A stretch of DNA of 64,000 nt. Origin: Candidatus Bathyarchaeota archaeon. GTDB lineage: Archaea; Thermoproteota; Bathyarchaeia; Bathyarchaeales; Bathycorpusculaceae. The translations under genes were made by a program, and so were the position numbers. Positions 20,974 to 31,784 of the stretch are shown in pieces. Position 1 is the stretch's first letter. Each line of letters opens with the position of its first letter. The notes beneath the pieces are model-generated. The model searched no databases. It saw only the letters and a program-made list of their open reading frames with translations, and was not told the DNA's origin. The DNA lies in the NCBI GenBank assembly GCA_963777155.1, contig CAVZPM010000039.1, forward strand, positions 64,001 to 128,000, given 5' to 3'.

Positions 20974-22056
20974 ATGACATCAGCTGGATGTATAAAAGAA
21001 CTGCAAACCTTCCTGCAACAAAAACCAAAAGAATGCAAAACGGTCGTTATGCCTGATTTTTTCCTTGACCGACTAATAAGCTTGGATTGGGACACCGCCG
21101 AGTTTTCGGAGCTAGTTGCTGAGGTTACTAAACGGAAAGGCGGCAGTATCGATGGAATCTCCCAAACTGATCAACGCGGAGGCAACGCGATCAACGTAGC
21201 ATCAGCCTTGGCTCATTTAGATATCGAAGTCACACCCATCATTTGCACAAGCGAATTTGGCATGCAACAAATAAAATACCACTTCCAAAACGCACCTATT
21301 GACCTTTCTCACATAAAGACATCTGGCAAATCCTCAATAACAACCGCTCTTGAGTTCAGAAACAAAGATGGAAAAACAAACATTATGCTTCGCGATTTGG
21401 GGGCACTAGCAAATTTTGGACCTGCAAACATAGATGAATCCGATTACGAGCTTATTGAAAATGCGGATTATGTGTGCCTTTTTAACTGGTCAGGAACCGT
21501 TAGTTTTGGTACAGAATTGGCTCAAGCTGTTTTTGAGGGGGCAAAACGGGGTGGAAGGAGCAAAACCTATTATGACACCGCAGATCCGACTCCAAAAAAC
21601 AAAGAGGTTCCTGCTTTGATGAATAAAGTGCTGAAAACCGACAAAGTGGACATTCTAAGTGTTAACGAGAACGAAGCCATCATTTATGCCAGTATACTTG
21701 ACTTCGATCTGGAAGAGAAGAAAGAACATCTTGGGTTTGCTGAGTTAGCGTTGGAGGCGGCAAGAGTTCTAGCTAATCATTTGTCCGCGAGAATTGACTT
21801 GCATACAACTGCTTTCTCTGCGACCTTGAAAGGTAAAAGGGAGGTAGTGGTTCCTGCGTTTAAGGTTAAGGCTTTGCGTGCAACTGGTGCAGGTGATGCT
21901 TGGTGCGCAGGCAACATACTAGGTGACCATAACGGGCTCTCTGATGAGTGCCGTTTACTGTTAGCAAATGCTGTTTCTGCCTATTACCTCCAAGACGTCG
22001 ACGGTCAACATCCCACTAAAGAAAAACTAGTTGGTTTCCTTGAAACTCAAGCTTAG
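20974..22056 (+). CDS. PfkB/ribokinase-family carbohydrate kinase
   Basis: GGNAINVA, NENEA, ATGAGDAW signature. Confidence 0.88.
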   Translation: MTSAGCIKELQTFLQQKPKECKTVVMPDFFLDRLISLDWDTAEFSELVAEVTKRKGGSIDGISQTDQRGGNAINVASALAHLDIEVTPIICTSEFGMQQIKYHFQNAPIDLSHIKTSGKSSITTALEFRNKDGKTNIMLRDLGALANFGPANIDESDYELIENADYVCLFNWSGTVSFGTELAQAVFEGAKRGGRSKTYYDTADPTPKNKEVPALMNKVLKTDKVDILSVNENEAIIYASILDFDLEEKKEHLGFAELALEAARVLANHLSARIDLHTTAFSATLKGKREVVVPAFKVKALRATGAGDAWCAGNILGDHNGLSDECRLLLANAVSAYYLQDVDGQHPTKEKLVGFLETQA

Positions 22057-22117
22057 GCAGTGACAAATTCTTTTTTAAGGAACCAATACACTACCATGCA
22101 CTGACAGGTGCATATCT

Positions 22118-23482
22118 ATGGCTAAGCTGTTCGGAAGCTCAGGCGTCAGAGGAATAGCAAACATTGATTTGACTCCAATTCTTGCTTGCAAGGTTGCTTC
22201 AGCGGTAGCGACATACGCAAAAGCGAAAAAAGCCATTGTTGCTCGAGACACACGAGTCTCAGGCTGCATGCTTGAAGACGCATTGGTTTCAGGTATAGTT
22301 TCATCTGGTACAGATGTTTTGCTTCTGGGTATGGTGCCGACGCCCGTCTTGGCTTATGTCGCTAAAGCGTTGGGTGCCGACGTTGGTTTTATGCTTACAG
22401 CTTCCCATAACCCCCCTGAGTATAATGGAATCAAAGTCTTCAATGGTAATAGTTTATCTTACACCGATGAGGACCAGGCTGCAGTGGAAAAAATCGTTGC
22501 AGAAAGAACCTTTGCCTTAGCGGATTGGCGCAGACCCGGCAGAGTAACATCCGTAGATGCGGAACAAATTTACATAGATATGGTTGCTAAGTCCGTTTCC
22601 TTGAAAAAACAGTGGAAAGTTGTCGTTGATGCAGGATGCGGTGCCGCGTTTAAGATTGCTCCGCAAATACTAAACTCGTTAGGCTGCAAAGTAACTGCCT
22701 TGAACGCTCAACCCGATGGATATTTTCCAGCCAGAAAATCTGAGCCAACAGCCGAATCGCTCCAAAACCTCGCCAAAACGGTAAAAAGCCTTGGCGCAGA
22801 CATTGGGATTGCTTTTGACGGTGATGCTGACCGCGTTGCATTTGTTGATGAAAAAGGCGTTTTTGTAAGTTTTGATCGGTCCTTAGCAGCTTACGGTGCT
22901 TCCGCTTTGAAACGTAATGGCGGCGGAACTATAGTTACTACGATTGAGGCGTCAATGTGTGTAGAAACTATGGCACAAAAATACGGTGGTAAAGTTGTCC
23001 GCACAAAAGTTGGCGACATTTATGTTTCTGAAGCCCTCAAACGCAACAGAGGTGTGTTTGGGGGTGAGCCATGTGGCGCGTGGGTACATCCTCAAATGCA
23101 TCTGTGCCCTGATGGACCACTTTCGGCTGTGCTTTTCCTTGCAGCACTGGAAGAGGAGGGGAAAAGTGTCTCGGAGTATATTGGTGAAGTGCCAGAGTAC
23201 ATAACCGAGCGTGTAAACATCACCTGCAAGAACGAGCAGAAATACAAGTTGATCGACCTTCTTGGCGGGGTTCTTAAAGTCGAGTTCCCAGCATACACCG
23301 CTTTCTCAGCTCTTGATGGGACTAGGTTGACTTTGAAAAATGGCTGGCTTCTAGTTCGCGCATCAGGCACAGAGCCGCTTATTCGTCTTACTGTTGAAGG
23401 TGAATCCAAGATGGCGGCAAAAGATATAACCGCAAAGGCAACAGCTCTAATACATAAACAAATCGAGGCAAACCAGACATGA
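22118..23482 (+). CDS. glmM: Phosphoglucosamine mutase / phosphohexomutase
   Basis: FGSSGVRG, TASHNPPEYNG, FDGDADR, RASGTEP. Confidence 0.9.
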   Translation: MAKLFGSSGVRGIANIDLTPILACKVASAVATYAKAKKAIVARDTRVSGCMLEDALVSGIVSSGTDVLLLGMVPTPVLAYVAKALGADVGFMLTASHNPPEYNGIKVFNGNSLSYTDEDQAAVEKIVAERTFALADWRRPGRVTSVDAEQIYIDMVAKSVSLKKQWKVVVDAGCGAAFKIAPQILNSLGCKVTALNAQPDGYFPARKSEPTAESLQNLAKTVKSLGADIGIAFDGDADRVAFVDEKGVFVSFDRSLAAYGASALKRNGGGTIVTTIEASMCVETMAQKYGGKVVRTKVGDIYVSEALKRNRGVFGGEPCGAWVHPQMHLCPDGPLSAVLFLAALEEEGKSVSEYIGEVPEYITERVNITCKNEQKYKLIDLLGGVLKVEFPAYTAFSALDGTRLTLKNGWLLVRASGTEPLIRLTVEGESKMAAKDITAKATALIHKQIEANQT

Positions 23483-24759
23483 AGGCTGTCCTCTTAGCAG
23501 CTGGCGCCGGCGAAAGACTCCTGCCCATTACGGCAACACGCCCCAAACACCTTATCAAGGTTACGGGGAAACCAATTCTTCAGTTCTGTCTAGAAGCGGT
23601 CAAAAAAGCTGGGATTGATGAAGCAATAATTGTTACTCACTATATGGGCGAATCCATTCGTAGCTACTTTGGAGACGGCGTAGAACTCGGCTTAAAACTC
23701 AGTTATGTGAAACAGAAAGCGATTCTAGGTACGGGCAATGCTGCAGAAGTTGCTGAACCTTATATTGACGGTGACTTTGTCTTGATTTATGGAGATTTGC
23801 TCTTTGGTCAAGACGCCGTAAAAGACGTTTTAGAGCAGTTTAAGAAAGGAAAAAGTTCCTCAGTTATAGGTGTAGTCCCTGTTGACCGACCAGAAAACTA
23901 TGGCATAATCGAGAAAGACACCGATGGCAAGGTGAAACGTTTAGTTGAGAAACCCGCTACTGGAAAAGCCCCTTCTAATCTGGCAAACGCAGGAATTTAT
24001 GCTTTCTCAAAAGATGTCTTCGATAAAATAAAAAAGACCAGTGCATCGGTCCGTGGTGAATGGGAACTCACAGATGCTATAACCCTGCTTGCCAAGGAAG
24101 GTAAAACCGTTTTGGCAGCCCAGCTTTCCAAAGATGACTGGTTTGACGTAGGCAGACCTTGGGATTTGCTTGATGCAAATATCTGGGCGCTCAAACGCAT
24201 GGAACACAGAGTTCTTGGTAAAGTTGAGCAGGGAGCGCATTTAATCGGGCCTGTCACCGTTGCTGAATCTGCAAGAATTCGATCAGGTGCTTACATCGAA
24301 GGTCCAGTCTTCATCGATGAAGAAGCAGATGTTGGACCCAACTGCTACCTCCGTTCAGGTACTAGTTTGGGCAAGAAAGTCCGCGTTGGAAACGCTTGCG
24401 AAATCAAAAACAGCGTTCTCATGGACGGCACTCATGTAGGGCACTTATCATATGTTGGTGACAGTATCTTGGGTGAGAAATGCAACATTGGTGCTGGCAC
24501 CATATTTGCGAACTACCGTTTTGATTCTGGATCCATCAAAATGATGGTTAAAAACCAAGTTGTCAATACAGGAAGAAGAAAACTTGGTGCAGTCCTTGGC
24601 GACAATGTAAAAACGGGGATTAAATCGCTTTTTATGCCCGGCGTTAAAGTCGGAGCAAATACTTGGGTTGGAGCAAACTTTATGGTTGAACGTGACCTTC
24701 CCTCGGACACAATAGTGGCGCTCAAGCAGAACTGCGAAATAAACGAAAAACACGCTTAG
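23479..24759 (+). CDS. glmU: Bifunctional sugar-1-phosphate nucleotidyltransferase/acetyltransferase (archaeal GlmU-like)
   Basis: LAAGAGERL..PK, RGEWELTD, C-terminal hexapeptide repeats with HLSYVGDS. Confidence 0.88.
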   Translation: MKAVLLAAGAGERLLPITATRPKHLIKVTGKPILQFCLEAVKKAGIDEAIIVTHYMGESIRSYFGDGVELGLKLSYVKQKAILGTGNAAEVAEPYIDGDFVLIYGDLLFGQDAVKDVLEQFKKGKSSSVIGVVPVDRPENYGIIEKDTDGKVKRLVEKPATGKAPSNLANAGIYAFSKDVFDKIKKTSASVRGEWELTDAITLLAKEGKTVLAAQLSKDDWFDVGRPWDLLDANIWALKRMEHRVLGKVEQGAHLIGPVTVAESARIRSGAYIEGPVFIDEEADVGPNCYLRSGTSLGKKVRVGNACEIKNSVLMDGTHVGHLSYVGDSILGEKCNIGAGTIFANYRFDSGSIKMMVKNQVVNTGRRKLGAVLGDNVKTGIKSLFMPGVKVGANTWVGANFMVERDLPSDTIVALKQNCEINEKHA

Positions 24760-24933
24760 TTTCTTTAGGGCTCTACTTCCGAAAGGTTGTGAAATAGAGT
24801 TATTCCGCTTGGTTTGTTCAGTGCTGGCGAGTTCTGGGTTCTATTTGAGTGTCGTTGTGTTGTACTTTTCGCTTCATGTATTTAATCTCAATAAACAATA
24901 AAAGGGGGCTGAATAATATTCAGAGCGATACCC

Positions 24934-26172
24934 TTGAGAACTCATAAAATAACCCTCGTTCTTCTGTCATTATTGCTAACCAGCATATTCTTAACCGTAC
25001 AAGTCAGCTTTCCCAGCAACAAGCTTGCCGCCTCGGGCGACGTGGGAACACAAGTAGGTGGAACAATAACAACCAACACAACTTGGACAGTAGCAAACAG
25101 CCCCTATATCATAACCGAAACGATACAAATCCCAGAAGACGTTACTCTGATAATCGAGCCGGGTGTAACAGTCACTGTTCAGTCATCCGTAAACAAGATG
25201 TTTCTAATCAACGGTTTCATCACAGCCCATGGCGACGTTAACAGCAAAATAATTTTTGATGGCAACGGCAACTCAAACTTTTTTATGACAAATCATACAA
25301 ACGCTCCAGGATTCGCAGATTTGGATTACTGCATTATCAGAAATGGGTTGAGCGCCTTTTGGTTTGACAATACTGGCTCTTTTAATTTAACTAACTCAGA
25401 GTTAAGTAACTTGTCACAAGAATCTTACTTGTGGTACCCTTCGCAAAACGTATTTATTGAATATAATATTTTCACGAATACTTCAGGCATAAAGATAGGA
25501 ACAGATGATTACTATACTTCCAACACCACAGGATTTGTCTCGATAACGTACAACCTGTTCCTTAACAACCAAGGATACATCATTAACAACTTTGCAAGCT
25601 ATGGGTTAAGCAAAACCTATGTTAACAATAATTCTTTCACCAACACATTTGGAGTAATCCTCGAAGTAGAACAAACCTCAACCACTGCAGACATGGATGC
25701 TTCACAAAACTACTGGGGAACAGATAACACAACAATAGTCGATTCCATGATTTACGACATAAACGATGACACTGCATGCTCCAGCTACATAAATTACCTG
25801 CCCTTGCTTGATATTCCAGACCCCGACACTCCCATAGCGCCAACCCCAACACCATCACCAACGCCAACGGAAACACCTTCTCCTTCTCCAACCCCAGACC
25901 CCACAACCTCTCCTATTCCATCACCAACTCCAACAGATACCCAAATACCCACAACCGATGAGAACACCTCTTCTACTACTGAAATAACAACCCCTACATC
26001 TACAGGAACTCCAGATTCATCATCCAACCAAACCAGTAATCAGACCCCAAACACATTGAATGCCCAAACTATCCCAGAGATCTCACCTTTTGTCGCATTA
26101 GTAATTCTAATTGCTGGGGGTCCCATAGGCGCTATAGTGTTGCGAAAAACCAGAAAAACTAAGCATTCCTAA
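24934..26172 (+). CDS. Cell-surface beta-helix protein with P/T-rich linker and PEF-CTERM-like anchor
   Basis: Signal peptide, TTWTVANSPY, NYWG motif, (PT/PS)n linker, IPEISPF-TM-RK tail. Confidence 0.8.
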   Translation: MRTHKITLVLLSLLLTSIFLTVQVSFPSNKLAASGDVGTQVGGTITTNTTWTVANSPYIITETIQIPEDVTLIIEPGVTVTVQSSVNKMFLINGFITAHGDVNSKIIFDGNGNSNFFMTNHTNAPGFADLDYCIIRNGLSAFWFDNTGSFNLTNSELSNLSQESYLWYPSQNVFIEYNIFTNTSGIKIGTDDYYTSNTTGFVSITYNLFLNNQGYIINNFASYGLSKTYVNNNSFTNTFGVILEVEQTSTTADMDASQNYWGTDNTTIVDSMIYDINDDTACSSYINYLPLLDIPDPDTPIAPTPTPSPTPTETPSPSPTPDPTTSPIPSPTPTDTQIPTTDENTSSTTEITTPTSTGTPDSSSNQTSNQTPNTLNAQTIPEISPFVALVILIAGGPIGAIVLRKTRKTKHS

Positions 26173-26285
26173 AATTAATGTAAGAATAATTGCTAAACCA
26201 GTAAATTGTTTAACTTTTTTCTCTTTATATTAAAGATAAATAGTTGAAATGCAATTTCATGTACCAATTGAAGGAGTAATAAAAA

Positions 26286-26711
26286 TTGTCTGTAGCGCAA
26301 AGAAAATACTTTACTGAAGTTGCAGCGTTAGCTGAAAAAAACGTTGCTGTCGTCACTAATAATGGAAAAATGTTTAACGGCACATTGGTCGGCATTAACC
26401 CTGACAGTCTTAGCTTAGCTTTGGCTGAGGTAAAAGATGAGAATGGAAAACTTCTTAACCGTCTTGTAATCAACGGATCAGCCGTGATATCAATATCCAG
26501 CGCTGATAAACCCTTTGATCTTAAATCCCTCGCACACAGACTAGAAAAAGTTTTCCCAACTCTAGTCGAACTTAACGAGCAAGCCGGCTACATCGTAGTT
26601 ATGCGTAAAGTTAAACTCACAGAAAAAGGCATCATGGAAGGCGCAGGTAGCCCAGCGGCTGACCGCGTACAAAAAGTCTACGACACTTTCATGAGCGAAC
26701 CCAAAGCTTAA
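26286..26711 (+). CDS. Sm-like archaeal protein, SmAP3-type (Lsm plus C-terminal domain)
   Basis: Sm1/Sm2-like motifs (GTLVGI..L.L, VINGS.V) with ~65-aa C-terminal extension. Confidence 0.8.
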   Translation: MSVAQRKYFTEVAALAEKNVAVVTNNGKMFNGTLVGINPDSLSLALAEVKDENGKLLNRLVINGSAVISISSADKPFDLKSLAHRLEKVFPTLVELNEQAGYIVVMRKVKLTEKGIMEGAGSPAADRVQKVYDTFMSEPKA

Positions 26712-26713
26712 CT

Positions 26714-27463
26714 TTAGATGAACCAGCGCAGCTGCTGCTCCTCTTTCTTCTTTTCTTCTGTTATACTCCGAATTACTCCGAAGGATTCGAGCATATTTTT
26801 GATTTCGTCACCGCTGGTTTCCAACCCTGACAAATCAACTTCTAGATACAGGTACTTGCCCAATGTGAGCAGTGCATAGCGTGCAGCGTTCACGTCAGGG
26901 TTCATGCCTGGAGTATCCACAAGTAGCGAGAAACCCTTCATGTCCCTGATCTGTGCCAACCCAATTGATAAACCCGCGATGCCAAAAACGTGTCCAACCA
27001 TAACTTTTGTACCTAAATCAAGCGCTTGCTGCATAGTCTCCAAATCCGTAGCAGTGGTGTAGATTCCCGGCACAGGTTGTGCTTCATCCTTCTTGAAGCC
27101 GCCTATTGAAACGACAAAGCGGCAGCCAAACGATTGCGCTATATCCAGCACTTTGCCTACCAACTCATACTGCCCAACTGTGGTTAACGCCTGCGTGTTC
27201 CCGTACCAAATAATGAGGTCGCGTTCGCCATCCCGTTTGGCGTAGTAGAGTTCGTTTATGGGTGTTCTGGCTCCACCGTCGCCAGTTGTTATGGCGAAAT
27301 CCTGAAAGGATGAGGAGAAGATTTGGACAAACCTTGTAGCTTTCAGCTCTTTAATCAGATGCAATGCTGCGATGTTTGCTACAAATCCGATGCCGGGTAA
27401 GCCTTCAATTAGGATTGGGTCGTTGAGGGTTGGTTTCTCGCTTATATCGATTGAGCAGACCAT
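26714..27463 (-). CDS. PAC2-family proteasome assembly chaperone
   Basis: LIEGLPGIGFVANIAA, V.IGG, PD..AA motifs. Confidence 0.88.
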   Translation of the reverse strand: MVCSIDISEKPTLNDPILIEGLPGIGFVANIAALHLIKELKATRFVQIFSSSFQDFAITTGDGGARTPINELYYAKRDGERDLIIWYGNTQALTTVGQYELVGKVLDIAQSFGCRFVVSIGGFKKDEAQPVPGIYTTATDLETMQQALDLGTKVMVGHVFGIAGLSIGLAQIRDMKGFSLLVDTPGMNPDVNAARYALLTLGKYLYLEVDLSGLETSGDEIKNMLESFGVIRSITEEKKKEEQQLRWFI

Positions 27464-27567
27464 GACTGTGCACTTCGTTGGGTATTTAAATAAACAAAGC
27501 GATATAAGGATGACTAAAGGGCTAATGTTTTTTATAATAGAGCAATGTTTCTTGTTTAGGTTTCACT

Positions 27568-29205
27568 TTGAGCTTTGAGATTAAAGAAAAAGATTTGCTT
27601 GGCAGAATCGGCAAACTAAAAACTAAAAGTGGCACAGTGGAGACACCGCTGCTTTTCCCAGTCATCAACCCAAGCATTCAACCTATCCCACCCAAACGGC
27701 TCAAGGAAACCTTCGGATTCCAAGCCATAATCACAAACTCATACATAATAAAAAAACGCTATGAAAACAAACCCATCGAGATGGGCGGCTTGCATAAGTT
27801 TCTCGATTACGACGGCGCAGTTATGACCGATTCGGGTGCCTACCAAATCCTGGTCTATGGGGAAGTTGAAGTCTCTCAAAAAGAAATCGTTGCTTACCAA
27901 GAAAGCATCGGCAGCGACATAGCCACCATTCTGGACATTCCTACAGGCTGGAAAGTCACGAAGGAACAGGCAGAAATTACTGTAGCAGAAACTCTGCGGC
28001 GAGCCAAAGCTTTCTTTAAAGAAAAAACACGCGACGATATATTGTGGGTTGGTCCCGTGCAGGGTGGAAAACATCTTGACTTGGTAGCCAGTTCGGCAGT
28101 TGAAATGGGAAAGTTGCCCTTCCCAATACATGCCTTGGGAAGCCCAACAGAAGTCATGGAGAACTACCGCTATGATGTCCTGGCTGATATGATATTAACC
28201 TGCAAAAAGGGTATCCCCATAGAGCGTCCTCTGCACCTTTTTGGCGCTGGGCACCCGTCTATGTTCGCGTTGGCGGTGTCTTTGGGATGCGATCTCTTCG
28301 ACTCCGCAGCCTACGCCTTGTACGCTCGAGAGAACCGCTACATGACAGAGAATGGTACCTGGCGACTAAACGAACTAGACTATTTCCCATGTAGCTGCCC
28401 CAGATGCAGTACAGAGACGCCTAGAGGACTAGAGCGGAAATTACCTAAAGAACGGGAAGTCTTCCTTGCTGAACATAACCTTCACGTTTGCCTAGCCGAA
28501 TTGCGGCGAATTAAACAAGCTATCCGCGATGGCAGACTATGGGAACATACCGAAATGCGTCTCCACGCCCACCCAGCACTGCTTTCAGCCCTAAAACGGG
28601 TGCGCAACCACGAAGACTTCTTGGAGACGTATAGCCCAACTTCAAAGAGTAGCGGTTTCTTCTACTTCGACTCTGTGGGACTTGTACGACCAGAAATAAC
28701 CCATTACCGCAAACGCCTCAGCGAACGGTACTCACCTCCCCAGGCTGCAAGGGTGCTTCTGCTTGTTCCTCAAACCAGAAACAAACCCTTCCATAAAGCA
28801 CCAGAGTTCAAGAAAATTAGGCAATTGCTCAGAACTTTAGGCAAAGAACTTTCTATGCAGGTGCATGTTTGCGTCTACTCGGCTCCGTTTGGGTTGGTGC
28901 CTTTGGAGCTCGATGAGGTTTATCCGCTTTCCCAACACGAGACTGCCCACCCGTTCGATTGTGAAACGGTCGATTATGTGGCAACTCAAACTGCGGAGTA
29001 CATCAGACGTTCAGCTTACAAAGGAGTTGTTTTGTTAAATGACCCTAAACACTGGAGCGACGCCGTCAAAAAAACCTGCATAAAAGCATGTAAATCTGCA
29101 GGGTTGCCGTTTGACTCTGTAGATGCCAACGTGCAGGGAAGTCGAGAAATTTTTAGCCGCTTAGAGAGTATTCTGAGAAAGCAGCTAACGGAAAATCTGA
29201 AATGA
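27568..29205 (+). CDS. tgtA: Archaeosine tRNA-guanine(15) transglycosylase
   Basis: ETPLLFPV, MTDSGAYQ, HLFGAGHP, FDSAAY, CSCPRC...HNL zinc site. Confidence 0.95.
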   Translation: MSFEIKEKDLLGRIGKLKTKSGTVETPLLFPVINPSIQPIPPKRLKETFGFQAIITNSYIIKKRYENKPIEMGGLHKFLDYDGAVMTDSGAYQILVYGEVEVSQKEIVAYQESIGSDIATILDIPTGWKVTKEQAEITVAETLRRAKAFFKEKTRDDILWVGPVQGGKHLDLVASSAVEMGKLPFPIHALGSPTEVMENYRYDVLADMILTCKKGIPIERPLHLFGAGHPSMFALAVSLGCDLFDSAAYALYARENRYMTENGTWRLNELDYFPCSCPRCSTETPRGLERKLPKEREVFLAEHNLHVCLAELRRIKQAIRDGRLWEHTEMRLHAHPALLSALKRVRNHEDFLETYSPTSKSSGFFYFDSVGLVRPEITHYRKRLSERYSPPQAARVLLLVPQTRNKPFHKAPEFKKIRQLLRTLGKELSMQVHVCVYSAPFGLVPLELDEVYPLSQHETAHPFDCETVDYVATQTAEYIRRSAYKGVVLLNDPKHWSDAVKKTCIKACKSAGLPFDSVDANVQGSREIFSRLESILRKQLTENLK

Positions 29206-29290
29206 AAGGGTCTTGGCAAACTTTTTTTGCCACTAACCGCTGAAAGTATATTTAGTAAATCTTGCCCTTAGTGTTCATGGAGATGTAAAT

Positions 29291-29903
29291 ATAGAACCCC
29301 TATACGCCGACTTCCACATCCACACGATCTATTCTGCGGACTCCGTTATTCAACCTAAAACTCTTGTTGATATGCTTGCGGCACACAGTTTCATTAAGGT
29401 TGCAGCCGTCACTGACCATGACAGCGTACGCGGTTGTAGGGCGACAGTTGAGTTGGCTTCCGCTTACCCTGATATTTTGGTGATTCCGGGTGTTGAAATT
29501 AGCACTGAGCAGGGAGATGTCGTGGTTTTAGGTACTTATGAGTTGCCACCTAAGCCTTGGACGCCCGAGGTTGTTATTGACTTTGCAAAGTCGATTGGTG
29601 GGGTTTCTATTGTGGCGCATCCATTCAGGATGTATGGTATGGGTGAGCGTGCCAGAAACGTACAAGGTTGATGCTATCGAAGTCTTAAATGGTGGCTCCA
29701 GCCAAACTGCAAACGACGAGGCAAAGGAACTCGCTAAGAGTTTAAGTTTGCCTGGAACCGCTGGTAGCGATGCACATCAAGTGTCCGAATTGTTCAGCGT
29801 TTTCAACAAAGTTAGCGCTTCACTTGATGTCGACTCGGTCTTAAAAGCCATAAAACAAGGCTCTGTCTCGGCGCAAGTAAATCGAGGGTCAATACGTTTT
29901 TAA
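29291..29903 (+). CDS. PHP-domain phosphoesterase, frameshifted near 29660
   Basis: DFHIHTIYS.DS, TDHD, GVEIS, AHPF, then IEVLNG, GSDAH in second frame; start codon unclear. Confidence 0.85.
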
Positions 29904-29947
29904 AACAGCTTAGTCCATTTTTAATCGTTAAATGTTAATAGTAAGGA

Positions 29948-31213
29948 TTGGTCTGTTTGCAAGTTGGATTTTTAGGTGGAGCTCGCGAAGTTGGCAGAAT
30001 TGGAATAAGCGTTAAGACTGCGAAGACTCAGGTTGTTTGCGATTACGGTGTTATGCTTGATAATGAACCAGGTTTCCCCATGCATGTTCCACCCAAAGAA
30101 GTCAACGCTGTAATTTTAACTCACAGTCACCTTGACCATTCAGGTGCCGTTCCAATCTTCTACATAAACGATAAGAAACCTCTTTACACAAACAAGCTCA
30201 GCTTAGAATTAACCCAGCTTCTCGTACAAGACTTCATCCACCTATCCAGCTACTACTTACCCTTCGAGTATCTTGAACTAAAAACCATGATGCATAACAA
30301 CAAACACCTAGATTTTGGCGTTGAAGAATCCATCGGAGACATGAATATCAAATTGTTCAACGCAGGCCATACACCTGGAAGCTCACAAGTGCTGATGGAA
30401 GCAGAAGGCAAACGTGTCCTCTACACTGGTGACTTCAACTTGGAAGATAGCAAACTTCTGGCAGGTGCTCCTATGAATTATGGCGATTTAGATGCAGTGG
30501 TCATAGAAAGCACATACGCAGACGCCGACCACACGGAACGCTTGGAGCTTGAGCGGCAGTTCGTTGAAGCCTGCACCATTGTGGTTGAAGCAGGTGGAAC
30601 CGTGCTTGTGCCTGCGTTTGGTGTGGGGCGTTCACAGGAGATAGCATGTGTCTTGGCAGCGCACCATTTTGATTACCCCGTAACCTTAGATGGCATGGCT
30701 CGCGAAGCAAGCCGCGTAATCATGAATTACAAAGAATTCCTCAAAGACCCAAAACTCTTCATGAACGCCATGCACTCAGCAGAGTGGGTAGAAGGCTGGC
30801 GTGACAGAAGAAATGCCCTCAGAACACCCGGAGTCATTATTTCGACTGCAGGCATGCTTAAAGGCGGTCCAGCAGCATTTTACATCTCCAAACTTGGCAA
30901 AAAAGCAAACAACGCGGTCTTCTTAGTTAGCTACCAGATTCCAGGTACACCCGGTAGGGAACTTATGGAAAAGGGCGTCTGTACAATCGATGGCCAAGTC
31001 CGCAAAATAAAGGCGCAATACCGCCACTTCGACTTCTCGTCACACTGCGGCGCAAGCAAACTCAAAGAAGCCCTAATCAAACTGGGCGGCAAACCCAAAG
31101 TCTTTGTGGTCCATGGTGCAGAAGGCAACTGTGAATTGTTTGCTAACTGGGCAAAAACCGAGTTGGGTTTGGATGCGGTTGCGCCACGAACCGGAGAAAC
31201 CTACCAAATCTAG
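29948..31213 (+). CDS. Beta-CASP MBL ribonuclease (aCPSF2-like)
   Basis: GGAREVGR, THSHLDHSG, AGHTPGS, ESTY, FSSH, VVHG. Confidence 0.9.
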   Translation: MVCLQVGFLGGAREVGRIGISVKTAKTQVVCDYGVMLDNEPGFPMHVPPKEVNAVILTHSHLDHSGAVPIFYINDKKPLYTNKLSLELTQLLVQDFIHLSSYYLPFEYLELKTMMHNNKHLDFGVEESIGDMNIKLFNAGHTPGSSQVLMEAEGKRVLYTGDFNLEDSKLLAGAPMNYGDLDAVVIESTYADADHTERLELERQFVEACTIVVEAGGTVLVPAFGVGRSQEIACVLAAHHFDYPVTLDGMAREASRVIMNYKEFLKDPKLFMNAMHSAEWVEGWRDRRNALRTPGVIISTAGMLKGGPAAFYISKLGKKANNAVFLVSYQIPGTPGRELMEKGVCTIDGQVRKIKAQYRHFDFSSHCGASKLKEALIKLGGKPKVFVVHGAEGNCELFANWAKTELGLDAVAPRTGETYQI

Positions 31214-31222
31214 GCTAAGCAT

Positions 31223-31779
31223 ATGAAAGTTGGGATTTTGCAGGTTGGGCAAGTTGCCCCAGAGGTTCTGGCTGCGCTAGCTGAAGGCTTACCGAAAGTT
31301 TTCCCTGATACCACAGCAACTGTAATCACGGATGTCTTGCCTGTTTCCCAGGGCGCGTTTGACAAGAAACGCAGCCAATACAACTCGAGTTTACTTCTCA
31401 ACGAGGTTAGGGTCTACGCGGCTAAAAGACAGCAGGATTTTCACCGTGTCCTGGGGGTTGTGGATGCTGATATGTTTGCTTTCGGGTTAAACTACGTTTT
31501 TGGGGAAGCCTATACTCTGGGTGCGGCGGCGCTTGTTTCGCTTTGGCGGCTAAAGCCCGAATTCTGCAGAGACCAGTCCTAACAAGTCGCTCTATCTGCT
31601 GCGGGCACAAAAAGAAGCAGTCCACGAGCTGGGGCACACGTTGGGTGTGAAACATTGTCCTCGCTCTCTTATGTGTTATGCACTTTTCCAACTCCATCTT
31701 TGATACCGATAAGAAGCAAAACTTGTTATGTGACGATTGTTACATGCAAGCGGCTATAGCGATTAGCAATTTAGGGTAA
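31223..31779 (+). CDS. Archaemetzincin (peptidase M54), two frameshifts
   Basis: R.QY, LNYVFGEA, then EAVHELGHTLGVKHC and CVMHFSNSIFDTD.K...C..C in following frames. Confidence 0.85.
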
Positions 31780-31784
31780 GAGAC

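Noticed and set aside
25830-26010. Repetitive CCA/ACx DNA
   Set aside because: Explained by the Pro/Thr/Ser linker of a surface protein
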